Assembly (NCBI GenBank): GCA_045562675.1
Contig: JBJKVL010000010.1
Location: forward strand, 22,284 to 86,283
DNA length: 64,000 nucleotides
Origin: Dehalococcoidia bacterium
GTDB taxonomy: Bacteria > Chloroflexota > Dehalococcoidia > UBA2979
Direction of reading: 5' to 3'
Both the position numbers and the translations under genes were made by a program. How positions within the stretch are numbered: position 1 is the first letter of the stretch; every line of letters starts with the position of its first letter. This document shows positions 50,356 to 59,199 of this stretch, piece by piece. The notes beneath the pieces were generated by a model. The model was not told the DNA's origin and ran no database searches. It was given only the letters and a program-made list of their open reading frames with translations.

Positions 50356-51501
50356 ATGTCACAACTTGCGTTTGATACTCCAATAACAAAGGTTATTAAA
50401 AAGCTTATTGAATCTAATAAAGGAAAAATCAATTTTGCTAATTTTATGTCAACTTGCATGACAAATGAAAATTTTGGATACTACTCTTCTAAACATCTTT
50501 CTTGGGATCAAAAAGGCGACTACCAAACTTCACCAGAAGTGCACCCTGTTTTTGGTTATTTATGGGCAAAGCAAATAAATGAATGTTGGGGAAAAATGAA
50601 TAAACCAAAAAAAATTCAAATCATTGAAATTGGTGCTGGCTCTGCTATATTTATGGCAAATATATGTACATGGATAAAAAGTCAAAATAACGAGCTTTAT
50701 GATGCCGCTGAAATAATACTATTAGATGTAAGTCAAAAAAGATTAGACCAGCAAAAAAAAATATTAGATACTTATGAAATTAATGCTAGTTTTTCAACGT
50801 TAAGTGAATTTTTAAACAAAAAAACAAAAAGTGATGCAATAGTCATTTCTAACGAATTCTTTGATTGTCTACCTTTTCATTTAATTAAAAAGCATAAAAA
50901 AAATATCTATGAAATCTTTGTATCATTATCAGATAACAATGAGTTGATTTTCAAAGAAGAAATTTTGAGTGATAAAAAAATAATTGATTTTATAAACAAC
51001 ATGGAAATTACTTTATTTGAAGGCTGCATTGTTGAGATTACACCGCAAGCATATGAAGCTTCTCAAAAAATTGCAGAATTATTGAATTCTGGCTATATTA
51101 TTACTATTGATTACGGTGATTTAGCTGAAAATTTATTACAAGAATGGAATAAAGAAGGCACTTTCAAGGCAATTACAAATCATATGTTAACTCATCCACT
51201 CGATGATCCAGGTAATGTTGATATAACAGCTGATGTAAATTTTACAATACTAAAAAAAGGCTTGGAAGAAAAACAATTTAAGGTCAATGCATTGACGTCT
51301 CAATGGCAAAGTCTAATCAATTTAGGTATTTTTGAATTGATAAAAAAAGAAGACAAAATCGATTTTAATAATTCAGCACGTTATTTTAAAACTAATCAAG
51401 CGCTTTCAAAATTACTAGAACCCGAACAACTAGGTAAAATGAAAGTTCAAATTGCAGGTAAAAATGTTCCTACGAACAATCTACTTTATATGAAAGGTTA
51501 G
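50356..51501 (+). CDS. SAM-dependent methyltransferase, DUF185 (MidA/NDUFAF7) family
   Basis: 381 aa. FANFMSTCMTNENFGYYSS...GDYQTSPEVHPVFG...IIEIGAGSA, and later ITIDYGD. Confidence 0.75.
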   Translation: MSQLAFDTPITKVIKKLIESNKGKINFANFMSTCMTNENFGYYSSKHLSWDQKGDYQTSPEVHPVFGYLWAKQINECWGKMNKPKKIQIIEIGAGSAIFMANICTWIKSQNNELYDAAEIILLDVSQKRLDQQKKILDTYEINASFSTLSEFLNKKTKSDAIVISNEFFDCLPFHLIKKHKKNIYEIFVSLSDNNELIFKEEILSDKKIIDFINNMEITLFEGCIVEITPQAYEASQKIAELLNSGYIITIDYGDLAENLLQEWNKEGTFKAITNHMLTHPLDDPGNVDITADVNFTILKKGLEEKQFKVNALTSQWQSLINLGIFELIKKEDKIDFNNSARYFKTNQALSKLLEPEQLGKMKVQIAGKNVPTNNLLYMKG

Positions 51502-51507
51502 CTAAGA

Positions 51508-51951
51508 ATGAAATTTGGCAATCTAACAACTCTACATGGGGAAATGACTCTAGAAGAACTTACAAAAACAAGCAATGTATTACTAATTTATTTTTCTGAA
51601 TACAATACTCCATTGTGCACTAAGCAGCTTTTATCATTCAAAGAAGACTTTAAAAATATTAATGAATTTGATATTGTCACATACGCAGTATCTACGGATT
51701 CTATTAAAGATATTTCGAAGTTTGCAAAACAATTAAATGGTCTTCCATTTGAAGTTGCTAGTGATGACGGGGGTGTAATTGCAAAAGAATTAAATATTTA
51801 CAACGATGAACAAAAAAGAGCAAACAGAAGTATTATCATTTTCAATAAGCAATGTGAAATAATTTACTCAAATCTTTTTTATCAACCAGATAATATCAAT
51901 GATTTTATTAACGTATTTGAATATATCAGCAACAATATAGAATTAAGGTAA
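51508..51951 (+). CDS. AhpC/TSA (redoxin/BCP-like) thioredoxin-fold protein
   Basis: 147 aa. VLLIYFSEYNTPLCTKQLLSF (T-P-x-C peroxidatic-Cys context). Confidence 0.6.
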   Translation: MKFGNLTTLHGEMTLEELTKTSNVLLIYFSEYNTPLCTKQLLSFKEDFKNINEFDIVTYAVSTDSIKDISKFAKQLNGLPFEVASDDGGVIAKELNIYNDEQKRANRSIIIFNKQCEIIYSNLFYQPDNINDFINVFEYISNNIELR

Positions 51952-51957
51952 ATACTC

Positions 51958-52329
51958 ATGGAAGAGTCTTATAGTAAAACGTTCATGAAATATTTTCATC
52001 AACGAGAGCATACGGGAATCATTGAATCAGCAGATTTGAAATCTGAAGTATCAAATCCGGTATGCGGAGACGAATTACAGCTCTTTATTAGTATTGATAA
52101 AAATAATATCATTGTTGATGCAAAGTTTTTAACAAGTGGATGTGCCTCCACTATTGCAATTGCCTCATATGGTACTGAGCATATAATTGGAAAACCGATG
52201 AATGAAATTAAAATCATTAACTCATCAGAATTACAAGAAGGAGTTGGCGGCTTGCCGGCTAATAAAAATCATGCATCTGCTTTATTCATAGAAGCAATCA
52301 AAAATCTCCAAATTGCGAAGATAAAATGA
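51958..52329 (+). CDS. IscU/SufU/NifU-N-like Fe-S cluster scaffold
   Basis: 123 aa. NPVCGDELQLFI, SGCASTIAIAS, and a late H (NKNHAS). Confidence 0.8.
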   Translation: MEESYSKTFMKYFHQREHTGIIESADLKSEVSNPVCGDELQLFISIDKNNIIVDAKFLTSGCASTIAIASYGTEHIIGKPMNEIKIINSSELQEGVGGLPANKNHASALFIEAIKNLQIAKIK

Positions 52330-52931
52330 TAACTGCAGGATTAATTTTAGCAGCTGGTCAATCTTCAAGAATGAAACAACAAAAGGCACTTTTGCCTTGG
52401 AAAGAGAAAACACTTATTGAATGGGAAATTGAATGCTTCAATAGTGCTGGTATAAAAAAAATTTTTGTCATCGTTGGGAGCCAATATTCCAATATTGCAG
52501 AAAAAATTAAAGATTCAGGCGTCAATATCATTATTAATCATGACTGGGAAAAAGGCAGAAGCACATCTATATTATGTGGAATTCAGGCAATTTTATCTGA
52601 AAACAAAAAAACACCAATAGATAACTTTTTAATACAAAATGTCGACCAACCTATTACTGAAAAAATTCTTATTGATATGATGAATTTTGCTCATACGCAA
52701 AAAAACTTTGAAGTTATCCAGCCTTTTTTTGAAAATAAAAATCGTCATCCAATCATTTTACATATTGATCAAGCGAGTAAATTTCTCGATATACAAAATG
52801 ACAATACAAGTCTTAGAGATATAATTAAAAATCTTGATGTTAAAACTATTGAAGTGAATTCCCCGTTACTAAATATTAATTTAAATAATATATCAGATTA
52901 TCGAAATGCTATGAAACAATTTAAAAGTTGA
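52326..52931 (+). CDS. MobA-like nucleotidyltransferase (molybdenum cofactor cytidylyl/guanylyltransferase, MocA type)
   Basis: 201 aa. GLILAAGQSSRMKQQKALLPW N-terminus and a QNVDQP block. ATGA overlap with the scaffold gene. Confidence 0.7.
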   Translation: MITAGLILAAGQSSRMKQQKALLPWKEKTLIEWEIECFNSAGIKKIFVIVGSQYSNIAEKIKDSGVNIIINHDWEKGRSTSILCGIQAILSENKKTPIDNFLIQNVDQPITEKILIDMMNFAHTQKNFEVIQPFFENKNRHPIILHIDQASKFLDIQNDNTSLRDIIKNLDVKTIEVNSPLLNINLNNISDYRNAMKQFKS

Positions 52932-53014
52932 AAGAAAAAAATATATTATTATAATTTAAATTTTTCAACACAATTATATGCTAGAATTTTTTTAGTCATT
53001 GATTAGGAAATTAT

Positions 53015-53566
53015 ATGATTTATGGCACTGGCATACTAAGATCAATGTTAGTTACTCTTAAGCATTTATTCAGACCGCCTATTACAGTTGAATATCCTGA
53101 GCAAAGCAGAAATGTCCCTACTAGAGCGCGTACAAATTTACTATGGTTTGAAGAAAGATGCACTGGTTGTTCAACATGCGCACAAGCATGTCCAGATGGA
53201 TGTATTTTAGTCGAAACTTCACCTCGAGATGACGGCACATTAAACATAGATAGATATGAAATAGATTTTAGAATTTGTATGTACTGCGGATTATGTACGG
53301 AAGCATGCCCTTATCAAGCAATTCAGTCAGGCGGTAGATACAATGATGCTGTTTTCACGTTTGAAGAAATGTACAGAAATAAAGAATCTCTTGCAAAGGA
53401 ATCTAGAGAATATTTAGTAGAAACGAATGGACTTTATCCTAATGGTCAAGATCAAGAAAGCATTGACCCGCCTATCACTAATATTCCCACTGCTCGATCA
53501 AGAGTCAATCCTGCTGGTAAAAATGGACCCATAGGTCCTCACCACTTACCGATAAAAAAAAGTTAG
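53015..53566 (+). CDS. nuoI: NADH-quinone oxidoreductase subunit I
   Basis: 183 aa. LKHLFRPPITVEYPE, CTGCSTCAQACP, YEIDFRICMYCGLCTEACP. Confidence 0.85.
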   Translation: MIYGTGILRSMLVTLKHLFRPPITVEYPEQSRNVPTRARTNLLWFEERCTGCSTCAQACPDGCILVETSPRDDGTLNIDRYEIDFRICMYCGLCTEACPYQAIQSGGRYNDAVFTFEEMYRNKESLAKESREYLVETNGLYPNGQDQESIDPPITNIPTARSRVNPAGKNGPIGPHHLPIKKS

Positions 53567-53579
53567 TGGAGTAAATTCA

Positions 53580-56156
53580 TTGGTAAATATAACTGTTAAT
53601 GGTACAAATATTGATGCTGAGGCAGGAAAACCCCTTGTTGAAGTATTAAAAGAAAATGGTTTCCCAATCACAAATCTATGTTATATCGATGGCCTGGATC
53701 CCTATGCTGGATGCAGAACTTGTGTAGTCGAAATTAAAGATGCTAAACCAACCTCAATGCAATTATCCTGTACAACATCAATTGCAGAAGGCATGGTAGT
53801 TAATACAGAATCATCGCAAGCAAAAGAAATTAGACAATCAGTTATGTCTTTCATTACAACTAATCATCCAGATAGATGCTTAACTTGTCATAGGAGGGTT
53901 CACTGTCAACCAGGAGAAATTTGCCTTCGAGATGATGTAGTAACACATCGATGTTTAACCTGTGCAAAAAACTACAGATGTGAATTACAAACAGCTACAG
54001 AACTTGTTGATTTAGGTGAATGGCAAGAACCATGGGTTGGAGAAGATCGATCTTATTATGAAACACCCCCACCAAAACCAGACAGGGCTAACCCATTTTT
54101 AGAATTTGATCCACAAATGTGTATTCTTTGTACAAGATGTGTAAGGGCTTGCGCAGATATAAGACACACTGGAGCAATTTCTTTAGCAGGAAAAGGTTTT
54201 GAGACACAAATAGCATTTGGTGCAGGTGGAGCAGTTCACGAATCTAATTGTGACTTTTGTGGTGCATGCATAGATGTATGCCCTACTGCAACGTTAATGG
54301 AAAAGCCCAATAAATGGAGTGGTCTGGCAACTGATTGGTCGAATTCAGTTTGTAATGGCTGTGCGATGAATTGTACTATTTCTTATGGTATCGCTGATAA
54401 AGGAGAACCTGTCATAGTTCGACCTGTTGAAATCAATAAAACAAGTCAAAATCAAATTTGCGTTAGAGGTAGATTTGGCTACTCGGAAATAAACATAAAA
54501 GATAGATTAGCCAATCCCATGAAAAAACAAAAAGGTACTTTTCACACTCGTAATTTTGAGGAAATCATTGATGAGGTATCAAGGGATTTATCTTCAACTA
54601 TAACAAATTATGGACCTAACTCTATCGGAATAGCTGCCTCACCATTTTCGACAAATGAAGATGCAGCACTATTAAATTTTCTTGCTAACAAGATAATAGG
54701 TACAAATAATTTAGATTATATTGATGGAGAAAATTATAGAGCAGTTATAGAAACATGGGAAAAGGTATCCAAAGTTCGAAAATTGAGTTCTGATACAAAG
54801 AATATTACCAATTCAAAATTAATCATTGCAATAGCTACCGATCTTGAGGAATCTCATCAAATTACATCATTGCGAATTAAAGACGCAGTTGTTGATAACA
54901 ATGCAAATTTAATTGTAATCTCTCCTAAATGGAATGAATTAGTGCCATTTGCAAAGAGCTGGATACAAATTAAATCAGGAGAAGAAGCTGCATTAATTGA
55001 AAAAGTCAATAATGCAATTAAAATGCAAAATGGAATTAACTCTTTAGATGATTTAAGTCACATTGATCAAAAAGAATTTAATAAAGCTATAGAATTAATT
55101 AAATTATATATATCAGATCAAAATGACTCAGATGAAGCATCAATCATTTACGCACATCCAAATTATTACATGAGTAATACAAAAAATATTTTAATTGATC
55201 AAGCAAAAAGAATTGGTAACTTAGCAAGTATAATCTGCGGTGAACAAGCTTCGCAATCATTATATTATCTTCCAAATGAAGCTAATATTGTTGGACTTGA
55301 TGATATGAAAATAAAACCACAAAAAGGAGGCAAAACTTTTTATGAAATGATTGATGCAATTATCAATCAAGAGATAAAATGTTTAATTATTCATGCAGAT
55401 AATCCATTAATACGAGCAGCAGATCAACAGAAATTAAAAAAAGCATTACCAATGTTAGAAAATCTTATAGTGATTGATTCCGTACAATCAAGTTTAAGTG
55501 AATATGCAACATACCTGATTCCTGACAAACCCTTCTACATGAAGTCTGGATCAACAACAAATGTCAGCAGTTATTTTTTTAAACACAACTTTAATCAAGA
55601 AGATTTATTCGAAACAAAAAATACTGATAAAAATTTATATGATTTTATCAATAGTCTAAGCAATAAAATCTCTAATAAAGATCAAAAAATTAATCTAGAA
55701 GAATATATTAGGAGTTTAAATAAAAATTATGCAAAATATCCAAATATGATTTCAGGTATTTCTAAAACGATTGGAGAACAAGATTTAACTACAAGGCTTC
55801 ACTCAAAAGAAACCAAGAAAGAAACAATTCCATCAGGAATGACTATATTGGCTGGCAAAACTCTATTTACATCACGTGAATTAACATCAATCAATGCATT
55901 AAATGCTGATCCAATGGAACGAGAGCAGAAAGCTATGATTAATTTACAAGATGCCGAAAGAATTGGATTAAGTAACGAATCGAAAATTATAATTAATCAA
56001 GACAACGCTCAGCTAAAAATTGAGATAGATCTTACAGATAGAATTGCTCCAGGCACAATTTTTATTCCTCAATATTATGACCAAGCTGCGGTTTTAGAAT
56101 TTTTAAATCAAGAACATGACGAAAAAAATGAACTGCAACTAAATTCTAGTAGCTGA
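53580..56156 (+). CDS. nuoG: NADH-quinone oxidoreductase subunit G-like (2Fe-2S / 4Fe-4S / molybdopterin-oxidoreductase-fold protein)
   Basis: 858 aa with TTG start. N-terminal 2Fe-2S ferredoxin-like segment (INGTNIDAEAGKPL...CYIDGLDPYAGCRTCVVE), HPDRCLTCH, CILCTRCVRAC, CDFCGACIDVCP, then CNGCAMNCTISYG...CVRGRFG. Confidence 0.8.
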   Translation: MVNITVNGTNIDAEAGKPLVEVLKENGFPITNLCYIDGLDPYAGCRTCVVEIKDAKPTSMQLSCTTSIAEGMVVNTESSQAKEIRQSVMSFITTNHPDRCLTCHRRVHCQPGEICLRDDVVTHRCLTCAKNYRCELQTATELVDLGEWQEPWVGEDRSYYETPPPKPDRANPFLEFDPQMCILCTRCVRACADIRHTGAISLAGKGFETQIAFGAGGAVHESNCDFCGACIDVCPTATLMEKPNKWSGLATDWSNSVCNGCAMNCTISYGIADKGEPVIVRPVEINKTSQNQICVRGRFGYSEINIKDRLANPMKKQKGTFHTRNFEEIIDEVSRDLSSTITNYGPNSIGIAASPFSTNEDAALLNFLANKIIGTNNLDYIDGENYRAVIETWEKVSKVRKLSSDTKNITNSKLIIAIATDLEESHQITSLRIKDAVVDNNANLIVISPKWNELVPFAKSWIQIKSGEEAALIEKVNNAIKMQNGINSLDDLSHIDQKEFNKAIELIKLYISDQNDSDEASIIYAHPNYYMSNTKNILIDQAKRIGNLASIICGEQASQSLYYLPNEANIVGLDDMKIKPQKGGKTFYEMIDAIINQEIKCLIIHADNPLIRAADQQKLKKALPMLENLIVIDSVQSSLSEYATYLIPDKPFYMKSGSTTNVSSYFFKHNFNQEDLFETKNTDKNLYDFINSLSNKISNKDQKINLEEYIRSLNKNYAKYPNMISGISKTIGEQDLTTRLHSKETKKETIPSGMTILAGKTLFTSRELTSINALNADPMEREQKAMINLQDAERIGLSNESKIIINQDNAQLKIEIDLTDRIAPGTIFIPQYYDQAAVLEFLNQEHDEKNELQLNSSS

Positions 56157-56173
56157 AAACTTCAAGGCATAAT

Positions 56174-56828
56174 ATGACCACTCTAAGGCTTTTCCCGTTA
56201 TCAACAGTTTTATTTCCAAAGATGACTCTTCCATTGCAAATCTTTGAGGAACGATATATGCAGTTGATTCAATGAATGTATTGATAATAATGAGCATTTT
56301 GGAGTTGTATCGATAAAATCTGGAAATGAAGTAGGCGAAGTACTACCAGAAATATATAGAATTGGTACAACTGCAAAAATAAATAAAACTCTTTTTGATA
56401 GAACAGGAATGATTTTAGTAGAGACAATTGGCATTCAGAGATTTGAAATATTAGATATCATTTCTGAAGAACCTTATCTTACCGCAAATATTAAATTATT
56501 GGATGAGGTAAATTCTTTTGATGAAAGTATTTTTTTAGACATTTCCAAAGCATATAAAGAGTTTGTGCAATTTAGCGAAATTGCTAGTGGCAGTTTTGCT
56601 ATTGATAAAACGATACCTACGCAACCTGGAGAGCTAGCTGATAGTATTGCAGTTAAAGCCATTACGTTTTGGGACAAAAAAAAATTACAAAAAATTCTCG
56701 AGGAGTTAGATTCAATGAATCGACTAAATGCAGTGAAACCAATAATGAAAACTATACTTTCCTATGCAGAAAAAGAAGCTAAGGAAAAAATTAGAAAACT
56801 AAAATCAGAGTCTTCGAATCTAAATTAA
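56174..56828 (+). pseudogene. LON N-terminal (substrate-binding) domain protein interrupted by a 1-nt frameshift at 56273
   Basis: Frame A, ATG 56174 to TGA 56273-56275, gives MTTLRLFPLSTVLFPKMTLPLQIFEERYMQLIQ*. The +1 frame from 56274 gives ECIDNNEHFGVVSIKSGNEVGEVLPEIYRIGTTAKI... and continues without stops into track ORF 56409..56828. Joined, it is a typical ~217-aa LON-domain protein. Confidence 0.7.
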
Positions 56829-56830
56829 CA

Positions 56831-57163
56831 TTAGCTCATTGGGTAACCAGATTCTTCCCAAGCATCATGGCCGCCATCGACATTATATAAATCATTGGTA
56901 AGCCCTGCCGCAAAAGCAAACTCTGCAGCTACTGCAGAACGTTGACCTGCTTTACAAATGAATAAAACAGGCTTATCAGTATCAATCTCTGAAATTCTAT
57001 TGAACGTTTCCATGTGTGGAATATTTATGGAATCAGGAACATGTCCTGATTCATGTTCATCGACTTCCCTGCTATCAATAATTTGTACATCCTGAGTATC
57101 AATCATAGACTTTGCTTCATGTACGTCAATTACTTTAAATACATTATTTTCTTGATCTGTCAT
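56831..57163 (-). CDS. single-domain rhodanese (sulfurtransferase)
   Basis: 110 aa. Active-site loop CKAGQRS. GHVPDSINIP. Confidence 0.85.
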   Translation of the reverse strand: MTDQENNVFKVIDVHEAKSMIDTQDVQIIDSREVDEHESGHVPDSINIPHMETFNRISEIDTDKPVLFICKAGQRSAVAAEFAFAAGLTNDLYNVDGGHDAWEESGYPMS

Positions 57164-57251
57164 AATTATGATCCCTTAATTTAATTAGTATGTTGAAATT
57201 CTAGGATATTTAAATAAAAATAAAAAGTAAAGAAAAAGGAATTATTTTTTT

Positions 57252-58203
57252 ATGAACAAAATTTTTGTTACAAGGCAGCTTCCTAATGAAGAGTTAGTCA
57301 AAAAACTTGAAAAGTTTTTTATTGTTGATATTTGGAAAGGAAAAAATCCTCCTTCAAAAGAAAATTTTAAAAGCACGAGCTCAAGGTTGCTGGGGTTTAT
57401 TGACTATGCTTACAGAAACAATAGACTCAGATATAATATCTGATAATCCTTCTCTTAAAATTATTGCAAATATGGCAGTAGGATATGACAATATTGACAT
57501 TCAAGCAGCAAATAGATCCTCAGTCAAAGTTACAAATACTCCTGATGTTTTAACAAAATCTACTGCAGAACTAACAATAGCATTAATTTTTATGATGGCT
57601 AAACGATTACAAGAAGGAAATCTGGCGATTAGAAATAACGAATGGGGGCCATGGCATCCTAGCTGGATGCTAGGAAAAGATTTAGATAATTCAACGCTTG
57701 GTATCATTGGCCCAGGTAAAATAGGACGCGAAGTGGCAAAAATTGCTAAGAGTTTAAATATGCAAGTTATTTATTATGGCAAAAAAACTAAAAAAAATTT
57801 TCCTGGAAATTTTGTTAATTTAGAAAATTTATTAATAAATGCAGACTTTATTTCAATTCATTTGTCACTCAATAAAGAAACAAAAAAAATTTTAAATATG
57901 GATCACTTTACGATGATGAAAAATGATGCTGTGTTAATCAATACATCAAGAGGGCAAATAATTAATCAATTGGATCTTGAGAATGCAATTAAAAGAAAAA
58001 TCATCGGTGGAGCAGCATTAGATGTAACAGATCCAGAACCTCTGCCTGCTACATCAGAATTATTAAAAATGCAAAATGTTTTCATTTCACCGCATCTTGG
58101 TAGCGCTACCAAAAAAACTAGATTAGCAATGGCTTCACTAGCTATAAAAAATCTTATTGAATTGAACGCAGGACGCAAACCGCCCAATATGGTTAATGAA
58201 TAA
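57252..58203 (+). pseudogene. D-2-hydroxyacid dehydrogenase (glyoxylate/hydroxypyruvate reductase-like) with a 1-nt frameshift in an A-run near 57361-57364
   Basis: The 57252 frame gives MNKIFVTRQLPNEELVKKLEKFFIVDIWKGKNPPSKE... The 57307 frame continues ...ILKARAQGCWGLLTMLTETIDSDIISDNPSLKIIANMAVGYDNID, GIIGPGKIGREVA, and a RGQ...D...H catalytic region. Skipping one A restores PPSKEILKARAQG, which is collinear with the family. Confidence 0.7.
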
Positions 58204-58214
58204 AGGAAATAATC

Positions 58215-58868
58215 ATGAAGCAAGAAAGCGATCAAGGAAAGTTATGGTTAGTAGATTTGTTATGGGACTTAGGTGCAATTGAATTAGGTATATTTAATTT
58301 GGGAAATACGGTAGTTAATTCACCAATATATATAAATACAAAAATACCACTATTACGCCCAGGGCCATTAAAGAAAATTGTCAATCTTTTAAATAATGAA
58401 ATCGAGCTTATTAAGTCACGCAGAGACGAGAGCATAGATAATTTTGATATTATTGCTGGTGTACCAGTAGGAGGACTTATTCTCGCTACTGCACTAGGTC
58501 TAGAAAAAGGACAATCTACAATTTATGTAAGAAAAAATCTTAATACAAGTGTTGAAGATGTTCAACAAATAGAAGGAAGTTACTTGCCTGGGCAAACTGT
58601 TCTAATAATTGACGATCTAGCAACAGGAGGAAATTCAGTAAATAATTGTATTGAAACTTTAAGATATAATGGCCTATATGTTAAAAATGCGATTACTCTT
58701 ATTGATAGAGCAGAAGGCTCTTCGAAGCTATTAAGTTCAAGTGGCGTCAAAATGCATTCGATTATTAACCTAGAAACGATTGCTATGTATTTAAAGGAAA
58801 CTCAAAAAATATCTAATAAAGAATACGGACAATTGCAGGACTACATTGAAAAAAGCAAGCAAGACTAA
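58215..58868 (+). CDS. pyrE: orotate phosphoribosyltransferase
   Basis: 217 aa. PRPP-binding loop VLIIDDLATGGNS and IAGVPVGGLILA. Confidence 0.75.
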   Translation: MKQESDQGKLWLVDLLWDLGAIELGIFNLGNTVVNSPIYINTKIPLLRPGPLKKIVNLLNNEIELIKSRRDESIDNFDIIAGVPVGGLILATALGLEKGQSTIYVRKNLNTSVEDVQQIEGSYLPGQTVLIIDDLATGGNSVNNCIETLRYNGLYVKNAITLIDRAEGSSKLLSSSGVKMHSIINLETIAMYLKETQKISNKEYGQLQDYIEKSKQD

Positions 58869-58872
58869 AGAA

Positions 58873-59088
58873 CTATAATAAAGTTCCTAGATGTTTCCTG
58901 CCAGGCCTTGGATCATAATTAGATTTAAAAATTGCTAACTTATCACGCTTAATTAAATATTTCCCTGCAAACATAGTTGCTGGAATACGATTTTTTTTAA
59001 TTAAACGTCGAAGACTTTGCGGATGAATTCCAATTTCTCGTGAAGCTTGCACAAGATCAAGGTAGTCATCAAAAGCTTGTTCTGCCAT
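58873..59088 (-). CDS. small helix-turn-helix DNA-binding protein (excisionase/MerR-like HTH_17 type)
   Basis: MAEQAFDDYLDLVQASREIGIHPQSLRRLIKKNRIPATMFAGKYLIKRDKLAIF. ATG 59088 is preferred over the track start 59175. Confidence 0.55.
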   Translation of the reverse strand: MAEQAFDDYLDLVQASREIGIHPQSLRRLIKKNRIPATMFAGKYLIKRDKLAIFKSNYDPRPGRKHLGTLL

Positions 59089-59199
59089 AATTTTCGTCCA
59101 TCTAGTAATAAAACTATGTTTAGGATATACAAAAATATTTTTACAGGAAAGGCAATTGCTTATACAATATAACAATTATTTCTTGAAAAAACTTATATA

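Noticed and set aside
56261-56280. Programmed +1 ribosomal frameshift (prfB-like) at CAA-UGA-A in the LON-domain gene
   Set aside because: There is no slippery P-site codon: tRNA-Gln on CAA cannot re-pair on AAU. There is no upstream SD-like stimulator at the right spacing, and no precedent for recoding in this family. A mutation or consensus error is more parsimonious.
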